Of a stretch of 64,000 nucleotides of DNA, positions 38,830-53,244 are shown one piece after another (the stretch's first letter is position 1; every line of letters starts with the position of its first letter). This DNA is from Octopus vulgaris (Eukaryota), in NCBI GenBank assembly GCA_951406725.2, contig OX597827.1, positions 21,824,001 through 21,888,000 on the forward strand, given 5' to 3'. Made by a program: the position numbers and the translations under genes. Below the pieces are notes generated by a model, which saw only the letters and a list, made by a program, of their open reading frames with translations, searched no databases and was not told the origin of the DNA.

Positions 38830-39439
38830 GTATTTGAAAGAAGTCACACACATGCGCGCGCGCGCGTGGTGTGACTTCTTTCAAATACGTGTCATGCCAT
38901 TATGCAATTGTTGTCCCGAAAATAAAGAAAATCAGGCATAACTTCTCTATTAACTGACGTACCTCGTTCAAACTGCATGTGTTGGGAGAGTAACTCTCCT
39001 CCGTCTCTCTTTTCCTAGAAAGGCATTTCTCAACACAGTCTCCATTACAAGCAGTGCCTTTTCACCATCATTGAATCTTTCTTTCTCTCAAATTCTCATA
39101 GAAAAATTCATCTCTGCTCTGATATACCGACTTATCTTTCTCCCAATGTTTTGTCAGATTTTATGCCTGTCTCAATGTACTTCTCGTGTTCACGATACAG
39201 CAACCTTCCAAAGCGTTAAAAAAAGAATGACACCCTTGTTACTTCCCAAAACAGTCACCATGACTTCCTGTGCCAATCTTCTTAAGCACTGTAGAAGACG
39301 TGTGATGGCATTCCATGGACTGAGCCATCGTTTCTGGATCGTAAACGTATTTTTCACCCTTATACTATTAGATAAGAAGAAAAAGAAACTCGTCTTTATT
39401 GGTTTCAAACGCTTCCAGTTCCAGGGCAGACACTCACCC

Positions 39440-39863
39440 TTCTCTTCATGAAATCGGGTGTTAACTGCCGAGGTACCATTTCTGTTCACACTTTCTCTTC
39501 ATGAAATCGGGTGTTAACTGCTCAGGTACCATTTCTGTTCACATTTTCTCTTCATGAAATCGGGTGTTAACTGCCGAGGTACCATTTCTGTTCACACTTT
39601 CTCTTCGTGAAATCGGGTGTTAACTGCTCAGGTACCATTTCTGTTCACACTTTCTCTTCATGAAATCGGGTGTTAACTGCCGAGATACCATTTCTGTTCA
39701 CACTTTCTCTTCATGAAATCGGGTGTTAACTGCCGAGATACCATTTCTGTTCACACTTTCTCTTCATGAAATCGGGTGTTAACTGCTCAGGTACCATTTC
39801 TGTTCACACTTTCTCTTCATGAAATCGAGTGTTAACTGCTGAGGTACCATTTCTGTTCACACT
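39440..39863. repeat. 53-bp minisatellite, 8 units
   Basis: Unit TTCTCTTCATGAAATCGGGTGTTAACTGCCGAGGTACCATTTCTGTTCACACT, contiguous with no spacers. Confidence 0.97.
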
Positions 39864-40275
39864 TTCCATCATATTTTGTAATGCATTGTGATCACAGCCT
39901 AGTGGGGCAGTAATTTCACAGATTCTAATCTATCCGTCCACTCGCTGGCGATTTGCGTCAGTGGCCACAGTTGATGGTCTTCAAGTATTTTCGTTCATCT
40001 TTGCGTGTCGCTCTTGCCAATGGTATCGTCTCTGTGACGACATCATTGATAAGAGCGATACGCAAAGATAACTTGGATGTCCGACAGACCGCACCCCTCA
40101 TTCGTCAAGAAATCAATGATGGAGCGTTGCCTCAACTTGGAACACGTTCTTCGTCTGTGACGAAGAATAACAGGAAGAAGGGTTACTCTACCTTCACACG
40201 CAGCTTGAAGGATCTTTGTCAGTTGCCAAACGTGTTATACCCACTTTGTATTGGTTCGGGATAACCTTTGTATGT

Positions 40276-40322
<47 letters not shown>

Positions 40323-40530
40323 GTTGTCATTGTCTGCAAGTTACGTATCGGCAGTTAATAACTGCTTTAAACATCACTTGTTTAATTACTTCAGCAACCA
40401 TCTATCGCATTTATACGGAATACACTTTTATTTTATACTTTAATTTTTTTGTAACATTTTCTTCGCCTTTTCCTGCGACTTGATTTCCATCTCCATAAAA
40501 AAAAAAAGCAAGATGCCGTGACAAACGTAG

Positions 40531-40938
40531 ATTATTTCATTGTTTCTCACATAAATTTAATGCTTTCATTGTTTTTTGTTCTAAATATTCATCCCTCTGT
40601 GTTGGCCACGTGCCCATGTTTCAGCTTAACTCTCTTTATCGCTCGCATCTTCTGCAATTACTAATTTTACTCTTTACTAATTTTACTCTTTACTAATTTT
40701 ACTCTTTACTAATTTTACTCTTTACTCTCTACTAATTTTACTCATTACTAATTTTACTCTTTACTCTCTACTAATTTTACTCTTTACTAATTTCAAGAGT
40801 AAAATTAGTAATTGCAGAAGATGCGAGCGATAAAGAGAGTTGAGCTGAACCATGGGCACGTGGCCAACACAGAGGGATGAATATTTAGAACAAAAAACAA
40901 TGAAAGCATTAAATTTATGCGAGAAACAATGAAATAAT
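40531..40938. repeat. 144-bp inverted repeat enclosing a 16-bp tandem array
   Basis: Arms 40531-40674 and 40795-40938 with 3 mismatches seen; spacer is (TTACTAATTTTACTCT)n. Confidence 0.93.
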
Positions 40939-41255
40939 GAGCAAGCAACAATAAGCAAGAGACGCGTAAATATGAAAACAATTTGAAAATGATTGAGTAA
41001 TAAATAAGAATAAAACAATGCAATTTATAAGGCACAAAAAGAGAATGACTCTCCCCCGGCACAACAGAATACAATTTAGTATTTTTATAAGTCTGACGGG
41101 TAAAATTTCCTCATCTCCGTCGTTTAAGTATCATTAGGTTACTATTCGGTATTTGTTACTGTATATCTCTCGGTCAGAGGTTTAAAACAAGTTTTTCTCT
41201 GTAAAATATATTCAAATTTATTAATAAATTCATTAGTAAGTTTACGTAACTAATT

Positions 41256-41800
41256 TCTCTCTCTCTGCTCTCTCTGCTCTCTTTCTCTCTGCTCTCTTTC
41301 TCTCTGCACTCTCTCTCTTTCTCGCTCTCTGCTCTCCCTCTCTCTCTCTCTCTCTCTGCTCTCTCTCTTTTTCTCTCTCTCTGCTCTCCCCCTCTCACTC
41401 TGCTCTCTTTCTCTCTGCTCTCTTTCTCTCTGCTCTCTTTCTCTCTGCTCTCCCTCTCTCTGCTCTCCCTCTCTTTCTCTCTGCTCTCCCCCTCTCTCTC
41501 TGCTCTCTCTGCTTTCTCTCTCTCTCTCTCTCTTTCTCACCCTCAGCTCTCCCTCTCTCTCTCTGCTCTCTCTCTCTTTCTCGCCCTCAGCTCCCCCTCT
41601 CCCTCTCTGCTCTCTCTCTCTTTCTCGCTCTCTGCTCTCCCCCTCTCCCCCTGCTCTCTCTACTCTCTCTCTCTCTGCTCTCTCTCTCTCTCTGCTCTCT
41701 CTCTCTCTCTGCTCTCTTTCTCTCTGCTCTCTCTCTCTCTTTCTCGCTCTCTGCTCTCCCTCTCTCTCTCTCTCTGCTCTCCCTCTCTCTCTCTCTTTCA
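41256..41800. repeat. Compound (CT)n/CTCTG polypyrimidine tract
   Basis: Direct reading. Confidence 0.95.
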
Positions 41801-42272
41801 CGCTCCCTTTCTCTTATATATTTTCTACCACAATTACGCTGTCGGTTTGTTTCCATCTCCCAAACCATCATTTTCTTTCTATGCTCACATTTCGGCGGTT
41901 CTTCACTATTATTCCTGACATCATTTCTGTACCGATTCAGGCTTCTGTACAAAACCTTCCATACTCCATCCGAAATAAAGAGAAAGAGAGAGAGAGAGGC
42001 ATGTCTGTGATGGTCCAGTCTGTTAGAAATGGCAGTCATATCACCCTCAAGTAACCCTCTACTGTCTTACAAAACACAACGATTCATAGACTAAAATAAT
42101 CTCATGTCCTAACAACAAAAAGAGGATAACTCATTAGGAAACACGAATGTAAGATCGTCTCGATTAGGTCTCACCTGGGGCTAAATAGCAACAACAGCAA
42201 CGACCATATCCGCCACAATTCCCAGGTTCGACCAACGACATTTTGTATTTATTATTCCAACATAACCAATAC

Positions 42273-42693
42273 CTATTTCTTTACTGCCCACAAGGGGCTA
42301 AACACAGAGAGGACAAACAAGGACAGACAAACAGATTAAGTCGATTATATCGATCTCAGTGCGTAACTGGTACTTATTTAATCGACCCCGAAAGGATGAA
42401 AGGCAAAGTCGACCTCGGCGGAATTTGAACTCAGAACGTAGCGGCAGACGAAATACCTATTTCTTAATTACCCACAAGGGGCTAAACACAGAGGGGACAA
42501 ACAAGGACAGACAAAGAGATTAAATCGATTATATCGACCCCAGTGTGTAACTGGCACTTATTTAATCGACCCCGAAAGGATGAAAGGCAAAGTCGACCTC
42601 GGTGGAATTTGAACTCTGAACGTAGCGGCAGACGAAATACCGCTGAGCATTTCGCCCCGCGTGCTAACGATTCTACCAGCTCGCCGCCTTCTT
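42273..42693 (-). mobile_element. SINE family B, dimeric
   Basis: 15-bp TSD CAACATAACCAATAC (42258-42272, 42694-42708). Confidence 0.9.
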
Positions 42694-42969
42694 CAACATA
42701 ACCAATACATCAGTCTCAAAATACCAAACTAATAAATATGGCTTAACTACAGACTGGTGCTTTTGCAACTCTTGTTTACTCACAACTTTCTGAAAAATGT
42801 TTATTAAAAATCAAATTTTGCTGAAATAGGTTTTCGAGGGTTTGGATTATTATTATGCTGAAAACAAAACAAAACGCATTTCTTGGAAGATTCTTGGATT
42901 ATTCTCACAGGGCCAAGACTTTGAGACCATCAGTTTCCATAACTTTAACATTTTTCACATCTTTTCTTT

Positions 42970-43141
42970 TCATAGCTGGGGTGGAGATAGGGGCGGTCCG
43001 CCCCGGGCGGCATTTTTAAAGAGGCGGCACTTTTCATCCTGTTGTAGGCTATTGCTGTAGGCAATACGTGTATTTTGCAGGGTCCGGGGGAGACAAACGG
43101 AAAGGACGCTCCGGGCGGCACACACTTTAGCTATGCTAGTG
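42970..43141. mobile_element. GC-rich MITE (probably hAT-type)
   Basis: Homologous to 51560-51722, which has CACTA.CGT.GCTAG terminal inverted repeats. Confidence 0.7.
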
Positions 43142-43389
43142 ACCTTATGTAATCTGTACCCTCGAAAACGAACCTCTGCAAAATGTCATGGAAAATATGC
43201 CTTTGGAAATGAGTAATTAGGAAACAATGTCGCGAGGCGGAAGGGGTGGGGAATGAATTGAAATCCCCCCAAGAAAATAAATTTTATATAAACTTTATCC
43301 GCATAATTATAATCTTCATCCACGAAAATATATCTTCGCAAAATTTCGCTAAAAAATAAACATTTTCCAGTATGTTATAAAGAAACAAA

Positions 43390-43464
<75 letters not shown>

Positions 43465-43697
43465 ATGTGTGTGTGTGTGTGTGTGTGTCAGAAGTTAACT
43501 TGTGTCCGAGTAAGACCATTTCCAACGTCACTAAGACCATGCAAATATATTCCGAGAATCTAAGACGTTTCTGTGCGTGAATTTGTTTTGAGTGGACAAA
43601 ATGTCGCAAAGCACCAAACCGACTTTTCAGGGCAATCACCAATGAAAACCAGTGGCACAAAAGAGGTGGAGGCGACTCGACACCCACTGAACATTGG

Positions 43698-44182
<485 letters not shown>

Positions 44183-44216
44183 CAACAACATCGAAAAATA
44201 CCTTAAGAATTTCCCC

Positions 44217-44345
44217 AAGATACCTGATGAAGGCTGGAGAGTACATCAGCCGAAATGTTGTGTTAATAACAAACAAGATGAGGACAAATATCCATCAAAC
44301 GTGAATAATGTAAATAATTCCTCGCCTCTTAAATATAGCACTGTA
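44217..44345 (+). mobile_element. Penelope-like terminal remnant with hammerhead-like core
   Basis: CTGATGAa-GGCTG-loop-CAGCC-GAAAtg. Confidence 0.55.
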
Positions 44346-44618
44346 TTGTTTGTTCCTTCTCGAGCCATCCCTGGTTCATAAGGGCCGGTTTCCCGGTTTC
44401 CTTGGCGTATAGGTTTCCCACCTGGATGGGAGACTGGTCCGTCGCAGGAGGAAAGAGTGAGAGAAAGTTGTGGCGAAAGAGTCAGCAGGAGTCTCGTCAT
44501 TACCTTCTGCCGGAGCCGCGTGAAGCTTAGGTGATTTCACTAATAAACACACACATCGCCCGGTCTGAGATTCGAACCCGCGATCCGCTGCTCTAACCAC
44601 TAGGCCATGTGCTTTCAC
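44346..44618 (-). mobile_element. SINE family E
   Basis: Minus strand TGGCCTAGTGGTTAGAGC...GGGTTCGAATC; matches 9409-9640. Confidence 0.8.
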
Positions 44619-44729
44619 ATAGGACTGTATGTATGTATTTATATAAATATGGACAATCTTTCAGTAAAAGTCTATGATGTACAGAGTGAGTGCCATCGTG
44701 TTTATTCGCTCGACATGGCTGAATAGTGA

Positions 44730-44800
<71 letters not shown>

Positions 44801-44860
44801 GCACGCACACACACGCACACACACTCCTGATTGACGTCGTATTCTGTTACTGAAACACTG

Positions 44861-44901
<41 letters not shown>

Positions 44902-45087
44902 TACATCTATACATACATACATACATCTATACATACATACATACATACATCTATACATACATACATACATACATACATACACACACACATACATACATAC
45001 ACACATACATACATACATACATACACACATACATACATACATACATACATACATACATACATACATACATACATACATACATACATA

Positions 45088-45240
45088 CGAGGTGGTGCTG
45101 AAAGGTTCCTGGTTTTAAGGGTGTCGTGAAAGGCCTGGCTGGGGGCCCAACTTTCCGACTTCTTTTACAGGGTTTAGGAAAAACCGAAGGACTGCTGCAA
45201 TTGTGTGGCTGTGAGAGGAGAATATGTTGAATAAAATCAT
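45088..45240. mobile_element. mariner-derived MITE, truncated by a SINE
   Basis: TA|CGAGGTGGTGCTGAAA start; homologous to 47776-47998. Confidence 0.75.
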
Positions 45241-45775
<535 letters not shown>

Positions 45776-45889
45776 AAGCAAAAGACCCGTATATTTTATA
45801 AGTTTTTTTTTTAGTTTTTTCTTTTTTTTTTCAGCCCTCCATAATTTTAAGCTATCGAAATTAATTTTCGCATTTAATTCAATAAATAT

Positions 45890-46270
45890 TTATAGGCCGA
45901 TCCTTGCATGACCGCTTGTGTATTCGACAGGATTAGTTACCTCGCAAATAAATACAAATATCGCATTCCATGCAACTACAAAATAAGAGAATAAAAAAAG
46001 AAAAAGAATACAAAAGCCGTCGTGTCTTTCTGACTTGCCACGCCCAGATAAATAATTATTCTTCAAACGATTATCATTCATAAGCCCCGCCCAACTTTAT
46101 CGTTACTTTTCTCACCGTTTTCCAATATATATATATGTGTGTATATATATAAATAAATATTTTATTTCTTGCCTGCTTCAAAACATACTGAGTTTTTATT
46201 TTCTGTTCAAGCATTTAAACAGCAGAAATTAATAAACTGAGAGGGGAAAGCGGAATATTTTAAGGTAGGT
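45890..46270 (+). promoter_or_regulatory. Candidate GC-box promoter and non-coding first exon
   Basis: Non-repetitive, CpG-retaining; GCCACGCCC 46037, GCCCCGCCC 46084; strong donor AAG|GTAGGT at 46264/46265. Confidence 0.4.
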
Positions 46271-46519
46271 GAACATATTTACGTGCTTATATAATTATTT
46301 TTCGCTCGCAGAAACATTCTCCAAACCCGCCGTTTTATATTGAATGATTTACTCGCGTTTATTTTTAATTGCATATTTAGTTAGAAATACTAATGAGTAT
46401 GTTATGGAATTTTATCTGGATTTCATTGTCGGTGCCATAAATGAAGAATTTGGTTTTGTAATTAAAGTTTTAATTTTTAATAAAAAAGTAATTTAAATAC
46501 CCGCGGGTGAGTGTAGGAT

Positions 46520-47130
46520 TTAGCCGAACGAAATACTTAGCAGTGTTTGTTCCAGCTGTTTATGTTCTGAGTTCAAATCGCGCCGAGGTCAACTTTATCT
46601 TTCATTCTTTCGGGGGTCGATGAAATGAAATATCAATCAAGTTATGGGAGTTGATGTGATTGATTTATACTTTCCCCCTAGAGTGGCTAACCCTGTGCCG
46701 AGATTTGAAACCATTTAAGGCAACGAGCTGGCTGAATCGTATGTACGCCGGACAAAATGCTTAGGGGCATTTCATCCGTCCTTGTGTTCTCAGTTCAAAT
46801 TCCGCCGAGGTCCAGTTGGTCTTTCATTCTTTCGGGATCGATAATCTACGTAACAGTTGATGACTGGGGGCCAATTAATCGAATCGACTTACACCCTCCC
46901 CCAAAATTGTTGTCCTTGTGCCAAAATTTGAAATCAATTTTAAAATTAAGGTAGCGAGTTGGCAGAATCATTAGCACGCCGGATTAAATGCTTAGCGGCA
47001 TTTTATCCGTCTTTACGTCCTGAGTTTAAAATTCTCAAGAGGTCGACTTTGTCTTTCATTCTTTTGGGGGTCGATGTAATCGACTTAACCCTGAAATTGC
47101 TGGCCTTGTGCCGAAATTTGAAAGCAATAT
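46520..47130 (+). mobile_element. Three older head-to-tail Meta-core SINE copies
   Basis: Repeated TGAGTTCAAAT..CGCCGAGGTC.ACTTT.TCTTTCATTCTTT core; similar old copies near 4690-4870, 14620-14800, 15870-16050, 16860-17240, 49990-50155 and 61400-61570. Confidence 0.8.
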
Positions 47131-47177
47131 CATAATTAATCCGAGACAATAATTAAGAGTAATTAGCCACATAATTA

Positions 47178-47245
<68 letters not shown>

Positions 47246-47397
47246 CGTCACCGACCAGGCTATCAGATGTTGCTACACATCGCTGGTCACAATGCGCTTC
47301 GCATTGTTTTAGCTTTCAAATGACGCCACCCGCTGACTAAGCGGGCAAGCCAATATATATAAATATATATATATGTATGTATGTATATATATGTATG

Positions 47398-47434
<37 letters not shown>

Positions 47435-47439
47435 ATTAG

Positions 47440-47529
<90 letters not shown>

Positions 47530-47775
47530 GTGTGTGTTCATGTATTTTGTGCATACTGAGAGAGAGAGAGAGAGGTTTTTAGTCACGAGTTTAATGAACT
47601 AAGTCATGCGTTTGAAAACTAATAAATGTCTGGACAGAATGAATTTGTAAACAAAAGTTTATCAGGAATGAAGAGAGAGGGAGACGAAGAGGGTGTCAAG
47701 GTGTTGGTTGTTGCAGTGTTGCAAGTTGAGTTGCTGTGTCTTATGAAATAAAATAAAATTACTCACACACACACA

Positions 47776-47994
47776 CGAGGCGGGTGCTGAAAAGTTGGTG
47801 GCTTTAAGGGTTGTTGTAAAAGGCCTGGCTGGGGGGCCCAACCTTCCGGGTTCTTTCACAGGTTTTAGAAAAACTGAAGGACCGCTGCAATAAGTGTGTG
47901 AATCTGAGAGGAGAAAGTGTTGAATAAAATCATGTTTAACTGATTCCCCCTCTATTTTCTTTTACCTAAAACCAGGAACTTTTCTGTATCCCAC

Positions 47995-47998
<4 letters not shown>
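47776..47998. mobile_element. mariner-derived MITE
   Basis: CGAGG.GG..CTGAAAAGTT left end, AACTTTTCTG..CCCACCTCA|TA right end; carries a transposase C-terminal remnant (RCNKCVNLRGESVE*). Confidence 0.75.
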
Positions 47999-48025
<27 letters not shown>

Positions 48026-48124
48026 CATAATGCATTACTAGTCATAATTATAGTGGAAATCACCACCATCTTATTTATTCTTACAGTGTTATTTATAGAT
48101 AAATTTCATTTATATATGCCTTCT

Positions 48125-48129
<5 letters not shown>

Positions 48130-48205
<76 letters not shown>

Positions 48206-48864
48206 TATATACATACACACACACATACATACACACACATATACATACATACATACATACATGCATACATACATACATACACACATACATACATATATAC
48301 ATACATATATACATACATACATACATACATACATACATACATACACTACACACACATACATGCATACATACATACATACATACATACATACATACATACA
48401 TACATACATACACACACACACATACATACATACATACATACACTCTTACACACACATACACATGCATACATACATACATACATGCATACACACCTATACA
48501 TACATACATTCATACACATATACACACACACATGCATACATACATGCATACATACATACATGCATACACACATACACACATACATACATACACACATACA
48601 TACACACATATACATACATACACGCACGCACATATACATACATACATACACGCACATATACATACATACACACATGCATACATATACATACATACACACA
48701 TATACATACATACACGCACGCACATATACATACATACATACATACATACATGCATACATACATACATACATACATACATACATACATACATACATACATA
48801 CATGCATACATACATACATACATACATACATACATACATACATACATACATACATACATACATG

Positions 48865-48896
<32 letters not shown>

Positions 48897-49177
48897 CATA
48901 CACACATGCATACATACATACACACTTACACACACACATACATGCATACATACATACATACATTCATACACATATACATACACACATGCATACATACATG
49001 CATACATACATACATACATGCATACACACATACACACATACATACACACATACATACACACATATACATACATACACGCACGCACATATACATACATACA
49101 TACATGCATACATACATACATACATACATACATACATACATACATACATACATACACATACATACATACATACATAC
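48130..49177. repeat. About 1-kb compound (TA)n/(TACA)n satellite
   Basis: Direct reading; explains the HTYI/MYVC ORFs. Confidence 0.98.
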
Positions 49178-49623
49178 CTCTGTGTCTGCGTGTACATATT
49201 AATGCTTGTTTATTTGCGAAATCATAAATAAAACCGATTCCTTCGTAACTGAATGATTGTCTCATACTTTTCAGTTGAGTTCGTTTGTTAATTTTTATAA
49301 GGAAAAGGCAAACTGTGACTTCGAAGTCTCATCTTGTTCGCTCGAGTCCAACTGGTTTTCTTCAGACAAATTTTCCTTATATTAGATGTTGAGGATAAAA
49401 GGCGAGAGAATTCCATCGTCTCAAAGAAAGTCTTAATTTTTTTATATTTCTATAGTTAGGGAAACGTTCTTATTCGACGTGGTGGTCACGTGTATGGCTG
49501 TTAAGAAGGTCGCTTTGCAGCTACGTGGTTTCGGGTTCAATTACACAGCGGAGTACTCAGCGCAAGTGCCTTCAACCATCACCCCCCACCACCACCACCA
49601 CCATCAAAGTTTTGAACTGGAAG

Positions 49624-49807
49624 CAGGGCCGGCCCTAGGGTTGCTGGCACCCGGGGCAAGCTGAACTTCGGCGCGTACAAGCTGACGGTCATGAAAATTT
49701 CCTTGTCTTTGTCACGCCCTCCTTGACGCCCCCTAGCACGTGGCACCCCCCCAGCACATGGCGCCCCGGGCGACTGCCTGAGTTGCCGGTGCCTTGAGCC
49801 GGCCCTG
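49624..49807. mobile_element. hAT-type MITE
   Basis: CAGGGCCGGC TIRs; TSD ACTGGAAG/ACTGGAGG. Confidence 0.9.
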
Positions 49808-50958
49808 ACTGGAGGCAGCGTTTATTGCAGTTAGTGGGTCACACCATCGGACTTAACACCCCCGCTTTGCCCTGGATACCTTGTGCGTAAACATTCGAGG
49901 ACAGGTGTTTTAAGAATACCATCCTCCTCGATGCTCGCAGATGGACGAAACCGTCCTGTACGCGTTCGTAGAATGCAGACCTTTGGAGTTATTCTTTCTA
50001 CTATAGACTCAAGGTTTGAAATTTTCGGGGAGAGGACAAGTCGATTACATCGACCTCAGTGTTTCAATGGTACTTAATTTATCGACTCCGAAAGGATAAA
50101 AGGCAAAGTCGACCTCGGCAGGATTTGAACTTAGAACATAGCGACAGGCGAAATGCCTGACTGAGATATCAACATGTCTATCGCGCTTATCCCGAACGAC
50201 GGGAAAGTTCTCCGCTCCTCTCAGTAGCAATGCTAGGTTACGGGTACTTTCCCTCTGTGATTCATCCCCCTATCTTAGCTAAAACGAATTCGGCTCTTGT
50301 AGAATAACTGGCGCCGTAGTTTTAAACGAAGATGTAACTGTTAGAAGATGCAGAAAGACTATTGTAAGGTGTCCTAACAAACAGTTGTTCTGTAGATCAA
50401 CTTAAATACATGGGAACCATAAAACTTTCTATAAATCAGTCTAAAACGGTAAAGGTTTTGGTAAAATAACATGAAGAATTCTATACATTGAAATAGTTTG
50501 AGTGAAAGAAAAAATTTCAAGAGTGTCGTTGTTTCAGAGATTCCTTCGGTGATTCTTCGTCTTCACTGGAACAAAAGATATAACTTGAAATTCAATCAAT
50601 CCTGACCTCGATGAGATCGGAAAATATTGTAATCAATTCCTCGCTGGTTTAATTGTTCTGTCGTTCATTTTGATGATTACTTTTACTTCGCTGCGTAAAC
50701 TTAATGACCGGCAATGGTCGTATGTTGGTCGATTTGAAAATAAAGTGAGGTGGGACTAGCAATTGGCTGCAAGTTCGTATATGACTGGTAGGGCCTTCGT
50801 AACAGCATTGGAGGTCCCTGAGAAAAGCAATGCATTGGGGCCCCCTGCATATACAAGTTAAATATGCATAGATTAACACAAGCCTCTCCTAAACCTGTGG
50901 GTCCATCCACTTGGAAATGGATGCGTCACATTCAATTAAATAATAATATATAATATCA

Positions 50959-51224
<266 letters not shown>

Positions 51225-51795
51225 TAAGGACGGCGACTTATTGCTGACACTCCCCTCTCGTTACAATTATTTTTGTTCAGTCATCAGAACAGGTCAGGGT
51301 AGATCAGGTCAGACCCGGGTAGATACGGGTAGATCAGAAATAACACCATCCCAACCAGGATTTGTTTTGTTGTTCTAGACTCAAAGAAAATAGTTCAAAT
51401 TTTTTTCCTCTTCGCTGAACAGATGAGCTTAGAATAACGAATTGCATTTTTTTATATATTTGCCACAGGGGCATAGATGACGGTGACATCACAAGGGATA
51501 TGTGGTGCTTATGGGTTACGTACAGGGTCAGATTAAAATCCATAGAGGCCCTAAGTACTCACTAACGTGGCTAGGGAGAGGTAGGGACGGTCTGCTCCGG
51601 GCGGCATTTTTCAAAGGGGCACCACATTTGGGTCTGCTGTAGGCAATATGTGTTTTTTATGGGGTCAGGGACGACAAACGGAAGCGCCGCCCCGGGCGGC
51701 ACACACTCTAGCTACGCTAGTGCAAGCACTTAAAAAGATTTTGGTACTCCCATATATATGTTATTCAAAATATAAACAATTATAAACCGTAAAAT

Positions 51796-52206
51796 ACTCT
51801 CTTTTACTATTTTACTTGTTTCAGTCATTTGACTGTGGCCATGCTGGAGCACCGCATTTAGTCGAGCAAATCGACCCCAGGACTTATTCTTTGTAAGCCC
51901 AGTACTTATTCTATCGGTCACTTTTGCCGAACCGCTAAGTGACGGGGACGTAAACACACCAGCATCGGTTGTCAAGCAATGCTAGACGGACAAACACAGA
52001 CACACAAACATATAAATACACACACATATATATACATATATACGACAGGCTTCTTTCAGTTTCCGCCTACCAAATCCACTCACAAGGCATTGGTCGGTCC
52101 GAGGCTATAGCAGAAGACACTTGCCCAAGATGCCACGCAGTGGGACTGAACCCGGAACCATGTGGTTGGTAAGCAAGCTACTTACCACACAGCCACTCCT
52201 GCGCCT
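51796..52206 (-). mobile_element. SINE family A, full length
   Basis: Matches 16392-16796. Confidence 0.9.
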
Positions 52207-52499
52207 ACTCTTTTATTTTTCAAATTGAAACAAAACTCAGAGCAAAATGGAAAATTAAGTTTATTTTTGCATATTTCCACTTTATTTAGATTTGAAACAT
52301 TTTAATTGCAAAGTCTTTGATCAGATCCTTCAAACTGATCTTACCTCAAACATCTGCTTCTATATTTAGCACAGCTAAGGCATCCATCCTGTCTTGTTTC
52401 GTAGCTGTTCTGATGCGAGTTTTAATACACAGTAATCCCTCGCCACATCGCGGTTTATTATTTAATCTTACGTCGGTTCCTCCGTTGTGTTGTTTTGCA

Positions 52500-53210
52500 T
52501 CTCTTATTATAAAAGGCAGATTTTATCTGCCTCCCTTTGGGAGTTATACAAATCTACAATATAGGATTTCTTCAATTACAATTTACCTAGCAGTTTTAAG
52601 AGTACAATGCATCGCGTCATGCCAGGTCCAGTTTTTAAAATTTAAACTCCAATTAAGCAAAATTTACAGAAAACTCACATTCTGGTGTGTGTGTCAAATG
52701 CTTTTCTTAGTCTGGTTTACACCACACGCAAACGCACACACACAGTGTGCTACGAATAAAGTGAAACTAATTCAGTGTGTTGACAGGTAGACAATAGAAT
52801 GCGATGACGACTATGACGCTGATAGATACATGAGTAAAATGTATGGGAAGCTAAGAGCTAAGAGTGAGTGAAAATGTTCTTGGAAGAGAGTAAATAGCCA
52901 GAGAGTAATAAAGTAAACATACACTCATACATACATACATACATACATACATACATACATACATACATACATACATACATACACACACATACACACACAC
53001 ATACATACATACACACACATACATACACACATACATACATACATACATATACATACATACATATACATACATACATACACACACACACACATACACACAC
53101 ACAGTATTGAAGCTTGAGAACAATCAGATACATCTGCAACACATCTGTTGAAAATATTATTGTTCACACACATACATATACATATATACATACAGAGAGA
53201 CAGACAGATA

Positions 53211-53244
<34 letters not shown>

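Larger units (their letters stand above)
36000..40260 (-). mobile_element. Decayed Ty3/Gypsy LTR retrotransposon internal region
   Basis: Minus-strand order RT (PFGVINS; HHDENL..NLTLNHDK..DPERL, 37900-38240), RNase H (KTDASG..SGILSQ..PVTFFSK, about 37630-37710), integrase (FKGP, QYSRLPFA about 37170-37245; PTPYHPTGNNQVE about 36620-36665); many stops and insertions; outer boundaries approximate, LTRs not identified. Confidence 0.8.

Noticed and set aside
39440-39863. CRISPR-like array
   Set aside because: Units are contiguous 53-mers with no unique spacers, there are no cas genes, and the context is eukaryotic.
41174-42039. RE-rich ORFs
   Set aside because: Translation of a (GA)n compound microsatellite.
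48106-49265. Long ORFs of up to 313 aa (HTYI/MYVC repeats)
   Set aside because: Stop-free translations of a (TACA)n satellite on both strands.
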